Part shown: piece by piece, positions 8,744 through 17,754 of the stretch
How positions within the stretch are numbered: position 1 is the first letter of the stretch
Layout: the number at the start of each line of letters is the position of its first letter
Assembly (NCBI GenBank): GCA_017624905.1
Contig: JAGAMD010000012.1
Location: forward strand, 506 to 64,505
DNA from: Clostridia bacterium
Lineage (GTDB): Bacteria > Bacillota > Clostridia > Oscillospirales > CAG-272
Direction of reading: 5' to 3'
DNA length: 64,000 nucleotides
The notes under the pieces: generated by a model
What the model was told of the DNA's origin: nothing
Seen by the model: only the letters and a program-made list of their open reading frames with translations
Databases searched by the model: none
Made by a program: the position numbers and the translations under genes

Positions 8744-10876
8744 TTAGAATACGTAGCTTCCTTTCTCCACCTTGTATTCCTTGCCGTCAATTATAACTGT
8801 CGCATTGGTTGGGGTGGTAATTTCGTATCTGAACTTATCCCCCTCCTTATACCAAGCAGAGGAAGCAGTTCCTTTTCTTGTTTCAATTTTTGCACTTAAC
8901 CAGCTTAGCTTTTTAGTTGGATTTGGAGCAATTACTACCTCTTCAAAGCCGGGCTTGTCTTCAACTGTGTTAATACCACAGGCAACGCCATAAACCCAGT
9001 CGGCAACGCTACCGTATGCGTAGTGGTTAAATGAGTTCATATCCTTGGACCAAAATTCGCCCTTGTCGTTTACTCCGTCCCAGTGTTCCCAAATAGTAGT
9101 TGCACCTTGCTTAACTGAATATAGCCAAGACGGATAATTCTCTTGCAGGAGCAAGTTATATGCAAGCTCGGTATATCCGTTTGATGAAAGTGCGTGTAAA
9201 AGATATGGTGTACCAAGGAATCCTGTTTGCAAACGAGTTCCGTTTGCCTTTATCATATCGGCAAGCTGCTTACTTACAGCCTTTTTATCGGTTGCAATGC
9301 CAAAATGTAAAGCAATAACGCACTCGGTTTGAGTCTTGTATTCCTTGTATGTCTTTCTGATTTTGTTTAAAATGTTTTCTCTTAGTCTTTCGTACTTTTC
9401 AACGTTTTTGCCGATGATTTTACCTGTCTTGCAAACTATGTCTGTTGAGTAATAATAGTAAGCGGAGGCAAGAAAATCGTCTCTTGATGAGCCCTTATAT
9501 GAGCCGGCTGGTGCATCAAGTCCAAGCCAATCTGCAAAATGCTCACAGCCTGTCCATAAATATTTTGTAGTGGACTTTGAGCCGATGTATTTTAGGTAAC
9601 CACACATTGATTTGAATTGTTTCTTTAATATATCACGGTTGCCATATGTCAAATAGATTTGATATGGGCAAATGGTTGAGGCATCTCCCCAACCGCATCC
9701 GCTCCAATCATCTCCCCACACCTGTGGAATAACTGAAGGCACGTATCCGCTTGGAGCTTGGTCAAGTCGTAAATCTGTTAGCCATTTTTCAAAGAATTTC
9801 TCAACATCATAGTTGTAGGAAGCGGTTTTTACAAATACTTGAGCGTCTCCTGTCCAACCCATTCTTTCATCTCTTTGTGGACAGTCTGTTGGAATATCAA
9901 GGAAGTTGCCCTTTTGTCCCCAAATGATGTTTGAAAACAGCTTGTTTAAAAGAGGTGAAGATGAATTCAAATAGCCCGTACGCTTAATGTCTGAGTGAAC
10001 AACAATAGCTTTGATGTTATCAGCTGCGATTTCGCCCGGGAACTCGTCAACTCTTATGTATCTAAATCCGTAGAAGGTTAATTTTGGCTTGTATGTTTGA
10101 TAGCCGTCCTTGGCTGTGTAGATAAATTCTGCCTTTGCGGTACGATAGTTTTCGGTATAGATGTTGCCGTCCTTATCAAGAACCTCGGCAACAGATAATT
10201 TAACCCTGTCGCCTTTCTTTGCATCGAGCGAGATTTCGAAGTATCCGGTGAGGTTTTGGTTAAAGTCGATTACAGTTTCACCCTTTGGAGTCTTGAAAAT
10301 TCTGTGTGGCTTAATTGTTTCTTGCTCAATAATTTTTTCGCCCTGTTGCTTAACCAAACGATCACGGTCATAATCTTGCACCTTTACAGGAATGAATTTT
10401 TCCTCGTAATTCGCATCATAATGCTCACCGTCGTAAATGTCTGCAAAGGTGATTTTGGACAGAGCCACCTCCCAGTTTTCGTCAGAATAGATATATTCAA
10501 CCCTGCCATCCTTGTACTCAAGCTTGATTTCGCAAATAAGTGCGGGATAAATATTAGGTCTGTCTTGGTTGTTACGCCAGTTGATTCTACCCTTGAACCA
10601 ACCCTCGCTAAGTGTAACACGAAGCTCGTTTTCTTCTTTTATTAAATTAGTAATATCATATTTTTGCACTTGAGTTCTTTTGCTTGAGGTAAAGCCCGGT
10701 GCTAAAATAAAATCACCGATTCGCTCACCGCCTAAGGTGGCAAAGTAGCAGCCGAGAGATGTCATTTCAATAGTGGCTTTTTTTATTTCACCACAAGCTT
10801 GAAAGACCTTTTTTAAAACAGGACAAGTAAATTTTTCGTTAGTGGGATATGAAATCCATTTTGAATTATTAAGCAT
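8744..10876 (-). CDS. Alpha-L-rhamnosidase, glycoside hydrolase family 78
   Basis: GH78 signature DCPQRDERMGWTGDAQVF, 710 aa, six-hairpin C-terminal region. Confidence 0.85.
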   Translation of the reverse strand: MLNNSKWISYPTNEKFTCPVLKKVFQACGEIKKATIEMTSLGCYFATLGGERIGDFILAPGFTSSKRTQVQKYDITNLIKEENELRVTLSEGWFKGRINWRNNQDRPNIYPALICEIKLEYKDGRVEYIYSDENWEVALSKITFADIYDGEHYDANYEEKFIPVKVQDYDRDRLVKQQGEKIIEQETIKPHRIFKTPKGETVIDFNQNLTGYFEISLDAKKGDRVKLSVAEVLDKDGNIYTENYRTAKAEFIYTAKDGYQTYKPKLTFYGFRYIRVDEFPGEIAADNIKAIVVHSDIKRTGYLNSSSPLLNKLFSNIIWGQKGNFLDIPTDCPQRDERMGWTGDAQVFVKTASYNYDVEKFFEKWLTDLRLDQAPSGYVPSVIPQVWGDDWSGCGWGDASTICPYQIYLTYGNRDILKKQFKSMCGYLKYIGSKSTTKYLWTGCEHFADWLGLDAPAGSYKGSSRDDFLASAYYYYSTDIVCKTGKIIGKNVEKYERLRENILNKIRKTYKEYKTQTECVIALHFGIATDKKAVSKQLADMIKANGTRLQTGFLGTPYLLHALSSNGYTELAYNLLLQENYPSWLYSVKQGATTIWEHWDGVNDKGEFWSKDMNSFNHYAYGSVADWVYGVACGINTVEDKPGFEEVVIAPNPTKKLSWLSAKIETRKGTASSAWYKEGDKFRYEITTPTNATVIIDGKEYKVEKGSYVF

Positions 10877-10987
10877 AACAACCTCGTTAAAATATTATAT
10901 ATTTAATATCTATGTTCATTATATCAATTAAGAAATTGAAAATCAACATTATTACTTATAAATAAGTAAAAAAATAGCGAAAAACTC

Positions 10988-11016
10988 TTGACAAATATGC
11001 TTCGATGTACTATAAT
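10988..11016 (+). promoter_or_regulatory. Consensus sigma-A promoter of the arsR-family/P-type ATPase operon
   Basis: TTGACA (10988-10993), exactly 17 nt, TATAAT (11011-11016). Confidence 0.8.
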
Positions 11017-11020
11017 GAAC

Positions 11021-11040
11021 ATATGAACAGTTGCTCATAT
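11021..11040 (+). promoter_or_regulatory. Imperfect inverted repeat, candidate ArsR/SmtB operator
   Basis: ATATGAACAGTTGCTCATAT has half sites ATATGAaCA / TGcTCATAT. It starts 5 nt after the -10 box. The TGAACA-type inverted repeat resembles known SmtB/CzrA/CadC operators. Confidence 0.6.
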
Positions 11041-11071
11041 AACCAAATGAGAGCAACAAAGGGGGATAAAT

Positions 11072-11398
11072 ATGGAAAACGAGAGCGTAGTATCAAAAAT
11101 TCAAGGTGCAATCACACGTAATAGTGAGCTATTTGAGGAGCTTGCAAATCTTTATAAAATTTTCGGTGATGCATCCCGTGTAAAAATTCTTTGTGCACTT
11201 ACACAAAGCGAAATGTGTGTTAGCGAGATTTCTGAGTTCTTATCAATTACTCAATCAGCTGTATCACATCAGCTTCGCATCTTAAAAACAAGCAATTTGG
11301 TAAAAACAAGACGCAACGGCAAATCTATAATATATTCACTAACAGATGACCACGTACGTACAATAATCGACTGTGGCATGGAGCACATAGCAGAATAA
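11072..11398 (+). CDS. ArsR/SmtB-family metal-sensing transcriptional repressor
   Basis: Winged-HTH signature ASRVKILCAL...CVSEISEFLSITQSAVSHQLRILKTSNLV...DDH; 108 aa. Confidence 0.85.
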   Translation: MENESVVSKIQGAITRNSELFEELANLYKIFGDASRVKILCALTQSEMCVSEISEFLSITQSAVSHQLRILKTSNLVKTRRNGKSIIYSLTDDHVRTIIDCGMEHIAE

Positions 11399-11400
11399 AA

Positions 11401-13248
11401 ATGAAAGAATTTTTGCGTGAAAACAAGGCAATGATAATTAGGATTTCTATTTCCATTTGCCTTATCATTGCAGGTTTAATAACAAATGGATTTAATGAGC
11501 TATTCGCCTTGATTCTTTATATGGGTGCTTACATAGTAAATGCATATCAAATAATTTACAAGGCTGTAAAAAAGCTCATAAAAAAAGGCGAAATAGGTGT
11601 TTCAATGCTAATGACGATAGCATCGCTTGGTGCTATTATCATAGGTGAGTATTTTGAGGCTGCATTTGTTGTTGCACTCTTTTTAATAGGAGAGCTAATT
11701 GAGGACATAGCGGGTGATTATACAAGAAACTCACTAAAGGCACTTTATGAAATCCGCCCCGACAAGGCTCGTGTCAAGGGACGAGGGGAGCTTGTACGCG
11801 TTGAAGATGTAAATGTTGGTGATATAATCGAGGTTTATGCGGGAGAAAGAGTGCCACTTGATGGCATAGTTATCGATGGCGTAGCCGATATTGATACCTC
11901 GGTTGTTTCCGGCGAGAGTATACCTGTTTCTGCTCGTGCAGGAACTGAGCTTTATGCAGGATATCTTGACTTGAACGGTGCAATCACTATCGAGGTTACT
12001 CGCAAGAGTGAGCAAAGTATGGTTCAAAGAATTATCGATATTTCACTTAACGCATCAGCTAAAAAATCTAAAAATGAAGCATTTATAAATAAGTTTGCAA
12101 AATATTACACTCCTTCAGTTATAGGACTTGCGCTTTTAGTATCGATAGTTCCTGCAATCTTGGGACTTGATATCTTTGATTGGGCATATAAAGCGTTTGC
12201 ACTACTTGCAATTTCTTGCCCGTGCGCAGTTGTTATTTCTGTGCCTCTTGCATATTCCTGTGCAATAGGCTTTGCATCAAGAAACGGAGTTTTGGTAAAG
12301 GGCTCCGGTGTGTTTGAAAAGCTAAGCTCAATTAACACTATGGCGTTTGACAAAACAGGAACTCTTACAAAATCCGAGCTAAGAGTAAACAAGGTGGAGT
12401 CATATTGTGAGCTTACAAAAATGGAGCTTCTTGAAATAGCCTCCGTGGTTGAGAAAAAGTCTGTCCATCCGGTAGCTCAAGCTATACAAAGGGAGGCAGA
12501 ACGCTTCAAAATTGGATTTGAAGAGGGTACAAACTATCGTGAGGTGGCTGGCAGAGGAGCAGAGTGCGACTCATCATTTGGACATATTAAGGCGGGTAAC
12601 TACGATTTTGCCGGCTGTGGCGATCAAGCCTCAGGCTCAGCAACTGTATATATTTCTCTTGATGGCAAATGCATAGGCTATATAGGTGTTGGTGATAATA
12701 TTAAGGAAAACGGCAAAAAAGCATTTGACAGATTAAGAGAAAATGGCATAAAGAAAATCTACATTTTAAGTGGAGACAAAAAGTCAAAGGTTGATATTGT
12801 GGCAAGTACACTTTATGCCGATGGAGCATATTCACAATTGCTTCCGGAGCATAAGCTGGACGCACTTGAGGATATTATCGAAAATGGCAAGGATGTAAAA
12901 GTAGGCTATTGTGGCGACGGCATAAATGACCTACCATGCTTATCACGTGCAGACATAGGTATTTCGATGGGGGCAGTTAGCTCTGATGCCGCAATGGATA
13001 GAAGCGATATTGTAATTGCCGACGATGATATAGAAAAGGTATCCTTAGCTATGGAAATTGCCAAGGATACTAAAAAGAGAGTAATATCAAATATTGTATT
13101 TTCAATCAGCGTAAAGGTTCTTGTAGCGATACTTAACCTTGTAGTTCCGACCTTCCCAATGTTTGTAGCTGTACTAGCCGATGTTGGTGTAATGCTAATA
13201 GCGGTTTTGAATGCATTAAGAGCCGGAAAAAAAGCAAAAAACAATTAA
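11401..13248 (+). CDS. P1B-type heavy-metal (Cd/Zn/Co-type) translocating ATPase lacking an N-terminal HMA domain
   Basis: SGES, CPC (ISCPCAVV), DKTGTLT and GDGINDLP motifs. The start lies 2 nt after the arsR-family stop. The protein begins directly with transmembrane segments. Confidence 0.9.
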   Translation: MKEFLRENKAMIIRISISICLIIAGLITNGFNELFALILYMGAYIVNAYQIIYKAVKKLIKKGEIGVSMLMTIASLGAIIIGEYFEAAFVVALFLIGELIEDIAGDYTRNSLKALYEIRPDKARVKGRGELVRVEDVNVGDIIEVYAGERVPLDGIVIDGVADIDTSVVSGESIPVSARAGTELYAGYLDLNGAITIEVTRKSEQSMVQRIIDISLNASAKKSKNEAFINKFAKYYTPSVIGLALLVSIVPAILGLDIFDWAYKAFALLAISCPCAVVISVPLAYSCAIGFASRNGVLVKGSGVFEKLSSINTMAFDKTGTLTKSELRVNKVESYCELTKMELLEIASVVEKKSVHPVAQAIQREAERFKIGFEEGTNYREVAGRGAECDSSFGHIKAGNYDFAGCGDQASGSATVYISLDGKCIGYIGVGDNIKENGKKAFDRLRENGIKKIYILSGDKKSKVDIVASTLYADGAYSQLLPEHKLDALEDIIENGKDVKVGYCGDGINDLPCLSRADIGISMGAVSSDAAMDRSDIVIADDDIEKVSLAMEIAKDTKKRVISNIVFSISVKVLVAILNLVVPTFPMFVAVLADVGVMLIAVLNALRAGKKAKNN

Positions 13249-13275
13249 AAAGCTCGACCACGTGTCTAAAATATA

Positions 13276-13303
13276 CAAAAAAGAGCCCATACGGGCTCTT
13301 TTC
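13276..13303. terminator. Bidirectional rho-independent terminator
   Basis: AGAGCCC (13282-13288) / GGGCTCT (13293-13299) between A- and T-runs, between convergent genes. Confidence 0.8.
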
Positions 13304-14177
13304 ATTTTATTACAATTTCGTAACGGTTTTTAAATGTACATCCACTGTCAAGATGCATCATTTCCTTTTTGGTATTAAGGTCGTCAACTATGCCGTCAAC
13401 AGATGGCTGTGAGGTCCAAGGCTCAATGCAAAGATAAGGTGCATCTTTTTTTACTGCGTGCCAAAGACCTATATATTTCATATTGTCAAACTTAATTGTT
13501 ACGCTCTTTTCTCCTTTGTCAGAATAGAGCTTGATTTCCTTTTGAATATTGTATAAGAAAATTGCATCATCATCGAACAGATCGTGGCGTAAATTAATCG
13601 TTTTTGTGCCACCCTGTGTATAAAGCTTGTCATTTTCTGTCAAGAAGCAGGTTGGTGAAAACTCAACACGAAAGGCATCACATTTCTTTCCAAATTCCAC
13701 CTTATAGTCCTCAAAGCAAAGACCTTTTTCAAGCGGAACATTAAATGCAGGATGTCCACCAATACCGAATATAAGTACCTTTTTATCGGTGTTTGTTACC
13801 TTGTGCTCAATCCTCAAGGATGAGCCGACAAGAGAAAAAGAAACATCGAAAATAAAATCAAATGGATATTGCTTTTTTGATTCTTCGTTTGCAACAAGGC
13901 TAAGAGTGAGGGTGTTATCTTCTTGACTTTTTAGAGCAAATTCGCTACCTCTCGCTATACCGTGAGACGGCATAGTGTATTCCTTGCCAAGGTATGTATA
14001 TTTACCTCCAAAAAGTCTACCGCAAATAGGAAACATAATAGGTGCTTGACCGCCCCAATACTTTTCGTCGCCTTGCCACATATATTCACAGCCGTCGTTT
14101 GTTTTGATGCTGTGTATTTCAGCTCCCTTTGAGTTAATTTCGGCAGAAAGATATTCATTTTTAATCTTGTAAATCAT
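13302..14177 (-). CDS. Aldose 1-epimerase family protein (mutarotase-like)
   Basis: 291 aa, all-beta profile, GGHPAFN and HGIARG motifs typical of the LacX/YihR-like aldose epimerase family. GGAGA RBS. Confidence 0.7.
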   Translation of the reverse strand: MIYKIKNEYLSAEINSKGAEIHSIKTNDGCEYMWQGDEKYWGGQAPIMFPICGRLFGGKYTYLGKEYTMPSHGIARGSEFALKSQEDNTLTLSLVANEESKKQYPFDFIFDVSFSLVGSSLRIEHKVTNTDKKVLIFGIGGHPAFNVPLEKGLCFEDYKVEFGKKCDAFRVEFSPTCFLTENDKLYTQGGTKTINLRHDLFDDDAIFLYNIQKEIKLYSDKGEKSVTIKFDNMKYIGLWHAVKKDAPYLCIEPWTSQPSVDGIVDDLNTKKEMMHLDSGCTFKNRYEIVIK

Positions 14178-14247
14178 AAAAGCATCTCCTTGTGTATTAA
14201 TAAATTGATTTTATCATATTTTATGATAAATTTCAAGGACTCTTGCC

Positions 14248-14276
14248 TTGAAAAACACCATTATCTATGCTACAAT
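14248..14276 (+). promoter_or_regulatory. Extended -10 sigma-A promoter upstream of the radical SAM gene
   Basis: TTGAAA (14248-14253), 17 nt, TGcTACAAT (14268-14276). Confidence 0.6.
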
Positions 14277-14297
14277 TAGTAAAAAGGAAGTGATAAA

Positions 14298-15248
14298 ATG
14301 GCAAACATAGCACTAACAAGCAGATGTAATCTGTCTTGTAAATACTGCTTCGCAAATGAATTAGTCGGTAATGGCACGGCTGATATAACTATGGAAAATT
14401 TTATAAAAGCGCTTGAATTTTCGCTTCCGGACGGAGAAGTAGGACTAATTGGTGGTGAGCCGCTTTTACATAAAAGCATAAATGAGATTTTGTCCATTTT
14501 AAATAGCACACCTGAAATTATGCGTGTTACTCTATACACAAACGGCATTTACTTAAACAAAATTAAAAGAGAAAGCATTCACCATAAAATCCACTTCTTA
14601 GTAAATGTAAATTCAAAAGATGATATAGGCGAAAAAGCCTATAAGAGCTTAAAAGCAAACATCAAGGATTTATTATTTTACACAACAAGGGATAGAGTAA
14701 CTCTTGGTGTAAATATTTATAAAGAAAATCAAGATTTTACCGATATATTATCGCTTCTTGATGAGTTTCTCTTTAGGCGTGTACGACTAAGCGTGGTAAT
14801 TCCTATTGATAAAGGCGAGGGAGCCTTTAACTATTTTATGCGTATGAAAAAGACGCTTTTATCATTCTGCAAAGAGCTTGGAAAGAGAAATATAGCTCCT
14901 TGCTATGACTGTAACGCAATACCTGAGTGCGTTTATACAGATGATGAAAAGGAGCTTTTAGCGTCCCTGCCATATGAAAACGAGCACGAAAGACGTGTCT
15001 TTATGGGGGAGGCATCGGTTTGTGCGCCGATAGTTGATATTTATCCTGATATGAAAGCATCACGATGCTTTGGTATGAGTGATTATAAGGTTAATATAGA
15101 CGACTTCAAAAGCATAAGCGACTTGAAAAATCATTTCTTTATGGAAATAGATTCACGCCTTGTGCATAAGACAACAAAAGAAGAGTGTAAAAACTGCTAT
15201 AAGCAAAGGGTGTTTGGTTGCTTTGGCGGTTGCCTCTGCTATAAATAA
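14298..15248 (+). CDS. Radical SAM protein with a Cys-rich (SPASM/twitch-like) C-terminus
   Basis: CNLSCKYC (CxxxCxxC) at residues 10-17. C-terminal cysteines CYDCNAIPEC ... CAP ... CKNCYKQRVFGCFGGCLC. Confidence 0.8.
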   Translation: MANIALTSRCNLSCKYCFANELVGNGTADITMENFIKALEFSLPDGEVGLIGGEPLLHKSINEILSILNSTPEIMRVTLYTNGIYLNKIKRESIHHKIHFLVNVNSKDDIGEKAYKSLKANIKDLLFYTTRDRVTLGVNIYKENQDFTDILSLLDEFLFRRVRLSVVIPIDKGEGAFNYFMRMKKTLLSFCKELGKRNIAPCYDCNAIPECVYTDDEKELLASLPYENEHERRVFMGEASVCAPIVDIYPDMKASRCFGMSDYKVNIDDFKSISDLKNHFFMEIDSRLVHKTTKEECKNCYKQRVFGCFGGCLCYK

Positions 15249-15269
15249 TACTAAGAAAGGGAGAAGAGA

Positions 15270-16766
15270 ATGAAGGAAATATTGAGTGTAGATAATATGC
15301 GAAAAAGCGACGAGCATACTATAAAGACCTTTGTATCTTCAAAGGAGCTTATGTATAGTGCAGCACTTGGTATATATAACAGCATACCGTTTGATAGCTT
15401 TTCCTCTCCCAAAGCACTAATAGTGTGCGGAACAGGAAACAATGCCGGTGATGGCTATGCCCTTGCCTCAATTATGGCAAAAAATGGACACAGGGTGTCG
15501 CTTTTGCTAATAGAAGACCGCTTTTCTGAGGATGGAAAATACTATTTTGATAAGTGTCTTGAGCAAGGCGTAAAATATTCATTCTATGACGGCATCTTAC
15601 CAAAGGCTGATATTATAGTAGACTGTATATTTGGCACAGGCTTTTATGGTGAGCCTAAGGAAATATACAAAGAGGTAATAAATAAAATCAACACATCGTG
15701 TGCGTTTGTTGTAAGTGCAGATATAAACAGCGGACTAAATGGAGATAGCGGTCTTGGTGTGTGCTCAGTAAAAAGTGATTTAACTGTGTCAATCGGTTCG
15801 TATAAAAGTGGTCATTTTCTTGGTATGGCAAAGGACAAGATAGGCTCACTTGTAAATTGCAATATAGGTATTGAGCCACAAGATAAGCCTTACTATTTAT
15901 TCGAAAAGGAGGACGCCAAAAAGCTCCTTCTAAAAAGAGAGAATTATTCACACAAGGGAACATATGGCTACATAACACTAATAGGCGGCAGCTATGAATA
16001 TTCAGGAGCAATAAAGCTGGCAAATATGTCTGCCTCAGCTATGCGTACAGGCACGGGTGTTGTGCGTCTTGCAACTCCGAAAAGCATCGGCTTTTCAGTT
16101 ATGCCGTATCTTGTTGAGCCAACTCTTTACCCTCTTAGCGAGGAAAACGACGCTATAAAATTTGTAAGCGAGGAAATTGATGGTGCACTAAAGGGAGTCA
16201 AGGCTGTTGGCATTGGAATGGGGCTTGGTCAAAATGGTGAAAACGATAAGATTATAAGATACATTTTAGACAATTACTCTCTACCTGTTTTGCTTGATGC
16301 AGATGCCATAAACACAGTTTCAAGGCTAGACAGCTCACTTCTAAAAAGCACAAAATGTAAGCTTGTTTTGACACCTCATCTAAAAGAGTTTGAAAGGCTT
16401 AGCGGTGTTCCCTTAAAGGAGATAGAAAACAATCCCGTTGTCTACGCAAGGGAATATGCAAGGGAAAACGGTGTTGTTTTGCTTTTAAAGGGAAGCTCAA
16501 CCATAATAACCGATGGCGAAAATGTGATAATTTCTAACACAGGGTCAGCCGGAATGGCAACAGCCGGCTCAGGAGATGTGCTTTCGGGCATAATCACCTC
16601 GCTACTCGGTCAGTATCCAAGCAAGGTGCTTGAAATGGCGTGTCTTGGTGCGTATATAAATGGTTACGCCGGCGAGCTTGCCGAAAAAGAAAACGGTGCT
16701 ATTTCGATGATAGCAAGCGATACAGCTAAAAATGTATCTAGCGCAATAAAAAGCTTGATTGATTAA
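15270..16766 (+). CDS. nnr: Bifunctional NAD(P)H-hydrate repair enzyme (epimerase / ADP-dependent dehydratase)
   Basis: YjeF-N region (CGTGNNAGDG) followed by a carbohydrate-kinase-like C-domain (GSGDVLSG); 498 aa. Confidence 0.9.
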   Translation: MKEILSVDNMRKSDEHTIKTFVSSKELMYSAALGIYNSIPFDSFSSPKALIVCGTGNNAGDGYALASIMAKNGHRVSLLLIEDRFSEDGKYYFDKCLEQGVKYSFYDGILPKADIIVDCIFGTGFYGEPKEIYKEVINKINTSCAFVVSADINSGLNGDSGLGVCSVKSDLTVSIGSYKSGHFLGMAKDKIGSLVNCNIGIEPQDKPYYLFEKEDAKKLLLKRENYSHKGTYGYITLIGGSYEYSGAIKLANMSASAMRTGTGVVRLATPKSIGFSVMPYLVEPTLYPLSEENDAIKFVSEEIDGALKGVKAVGIGMGLGQNGENDKIIRYILDNYSLPVLLDADAINTVSRLDSSLLKSTKCKLVLTPHLKEFERLSGVPLKEIENNPVVYAREYARENGVVLLLKGSSTIITDGENVIISNTGSAGMATAGSGDVLSGIITSLLGQYPSKVLEMACLGAYINGYAGELAEKENGAISMIASDTAKNVSSAIKSLID

Positions 16767-16770
16767 AATA

Positions 16771-16799
16771 AAAAGACGAGGAGCGTCCTCGTCTTTTTT
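16771..16799. terminator. Bidirectional rho-independent terminator
   Basis: GACGAGGA / TCCTCGTC stem flanked by A- and T-runs, between convergent nnr and the hydrolase gene. Confidence 0.85.
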
Positions 16800-17751
16800 A
16801 ATCTAAAAATTTAAATATTTTGTCCCAAACCTCTTGATTCTGCTCGGTAATCTTATACCAATCAAAGCTCTTTTTAAAATTCTCACATTCTTCTTTAGTG
16901 TTTAGCTTTCCGTTTTCAAGTGCTTGTTGCATTTTTTCATAAAATTCTTGCTTTGCTATGATAGCCTCTTTTGTGTAGTTTGGATTGTGGTCAGCTCCAT
17001 CTACACTAATAAAGGTTGCATTTTCACTATTCTTAAGAGCCTTTTTAAGTCTTAAAAAGTTCTTTTTGTAGTTTACCATATGGTCGTCGGTCGAGTGGAA
17101 AACAAGTGCCTTTGTATCGCTGTTTTTTAGAGTGTCGATAGCTGAGCATTTCATATATTTAGGACTTGCTTTAACCTCTCCACGATATATAATTCCGGAA
17201 AATATAGAATAAGGCCCGCTAACATGCTGTTTGATTATCACCTTGGGTGAAATAAATCCTGCAAGAGCCACAATCTTTTTTACATCCGGATGAAATTTTG
17301 CAATATTAAGAGTAGAAAAACCGCCCCAGCTATGTCCCATAACATAAAGCTCACGACCCTTGATTTCGTCAAGCTCCTTTAATTTTGTAATAACCTCGTC
17401 TAAATCACGGAGCGAACCGGAAAAGCCACCATTGTCCTCACCACCCGACTCCATACAGCCTGTATGGTCGTAGGCATAAACCAAATAGCCGTGTCGAGCA
17501 AGCTTTTCAATTTCACGCATATAGCTACGTGCACCGCCAAACATGCCGTGCTCAAATATAACAAGCTTGTTTTTAATTGGATTTTCGTAATAGTAAAAGC
17601 CACCGACAAGAGTAATGCCTCTTTCTGTATCAATATTGTAGCTATCTCTTTTTAGTCCGTCAAAATCCGTGTGAGAAAAGAGAAAAACAGATGGCTTTTC
17701 GTCAGCACGTGCATAAACACGAGACCTAAATAATTCTTGAATTTTATTCAT
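16798..17751 (-). CDS. Alpha/beta-fold hydrolase (serine hydrolase)
   Basis: Nucleophile elbow GHSWGG, later D and H residues (DDHMV, ADHNPN); 317 aa. The start lies 3 nt after the Mrr-like stop and its AGGTGA RBS sits inside the Mrr 3' end. Confidence 0.75.
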   Translation of the reverse strand: MNKIQELFRSRVYARADEKPSVFLFSHTDFDGLKRDSYNIDTERGITLVGGFYYYENPIKNKLVIFEHGMFGGARSYMREIEKLARHGYLVYAYDHTGCMESGGEDNGGFSGSLRDLDEVITKLKELDEIKGRELYVMGHSWGGFSTLNIAKFHPDVKKIVALAGFISPKVIIKQHVSGPYSIFSGIIYRGEVKASPKYMKCSAIDTLKNSDTKALVFHSTDDHMVNYKKNFLRLKKALKNSENATFISVDGADHNPNYTKEAIIAKQEFYEKMQQALENGKLNTKEECENFKKSFDWYKITEQNQEVWDKIFKFLD

Positions 17752-17754
17752 AAA

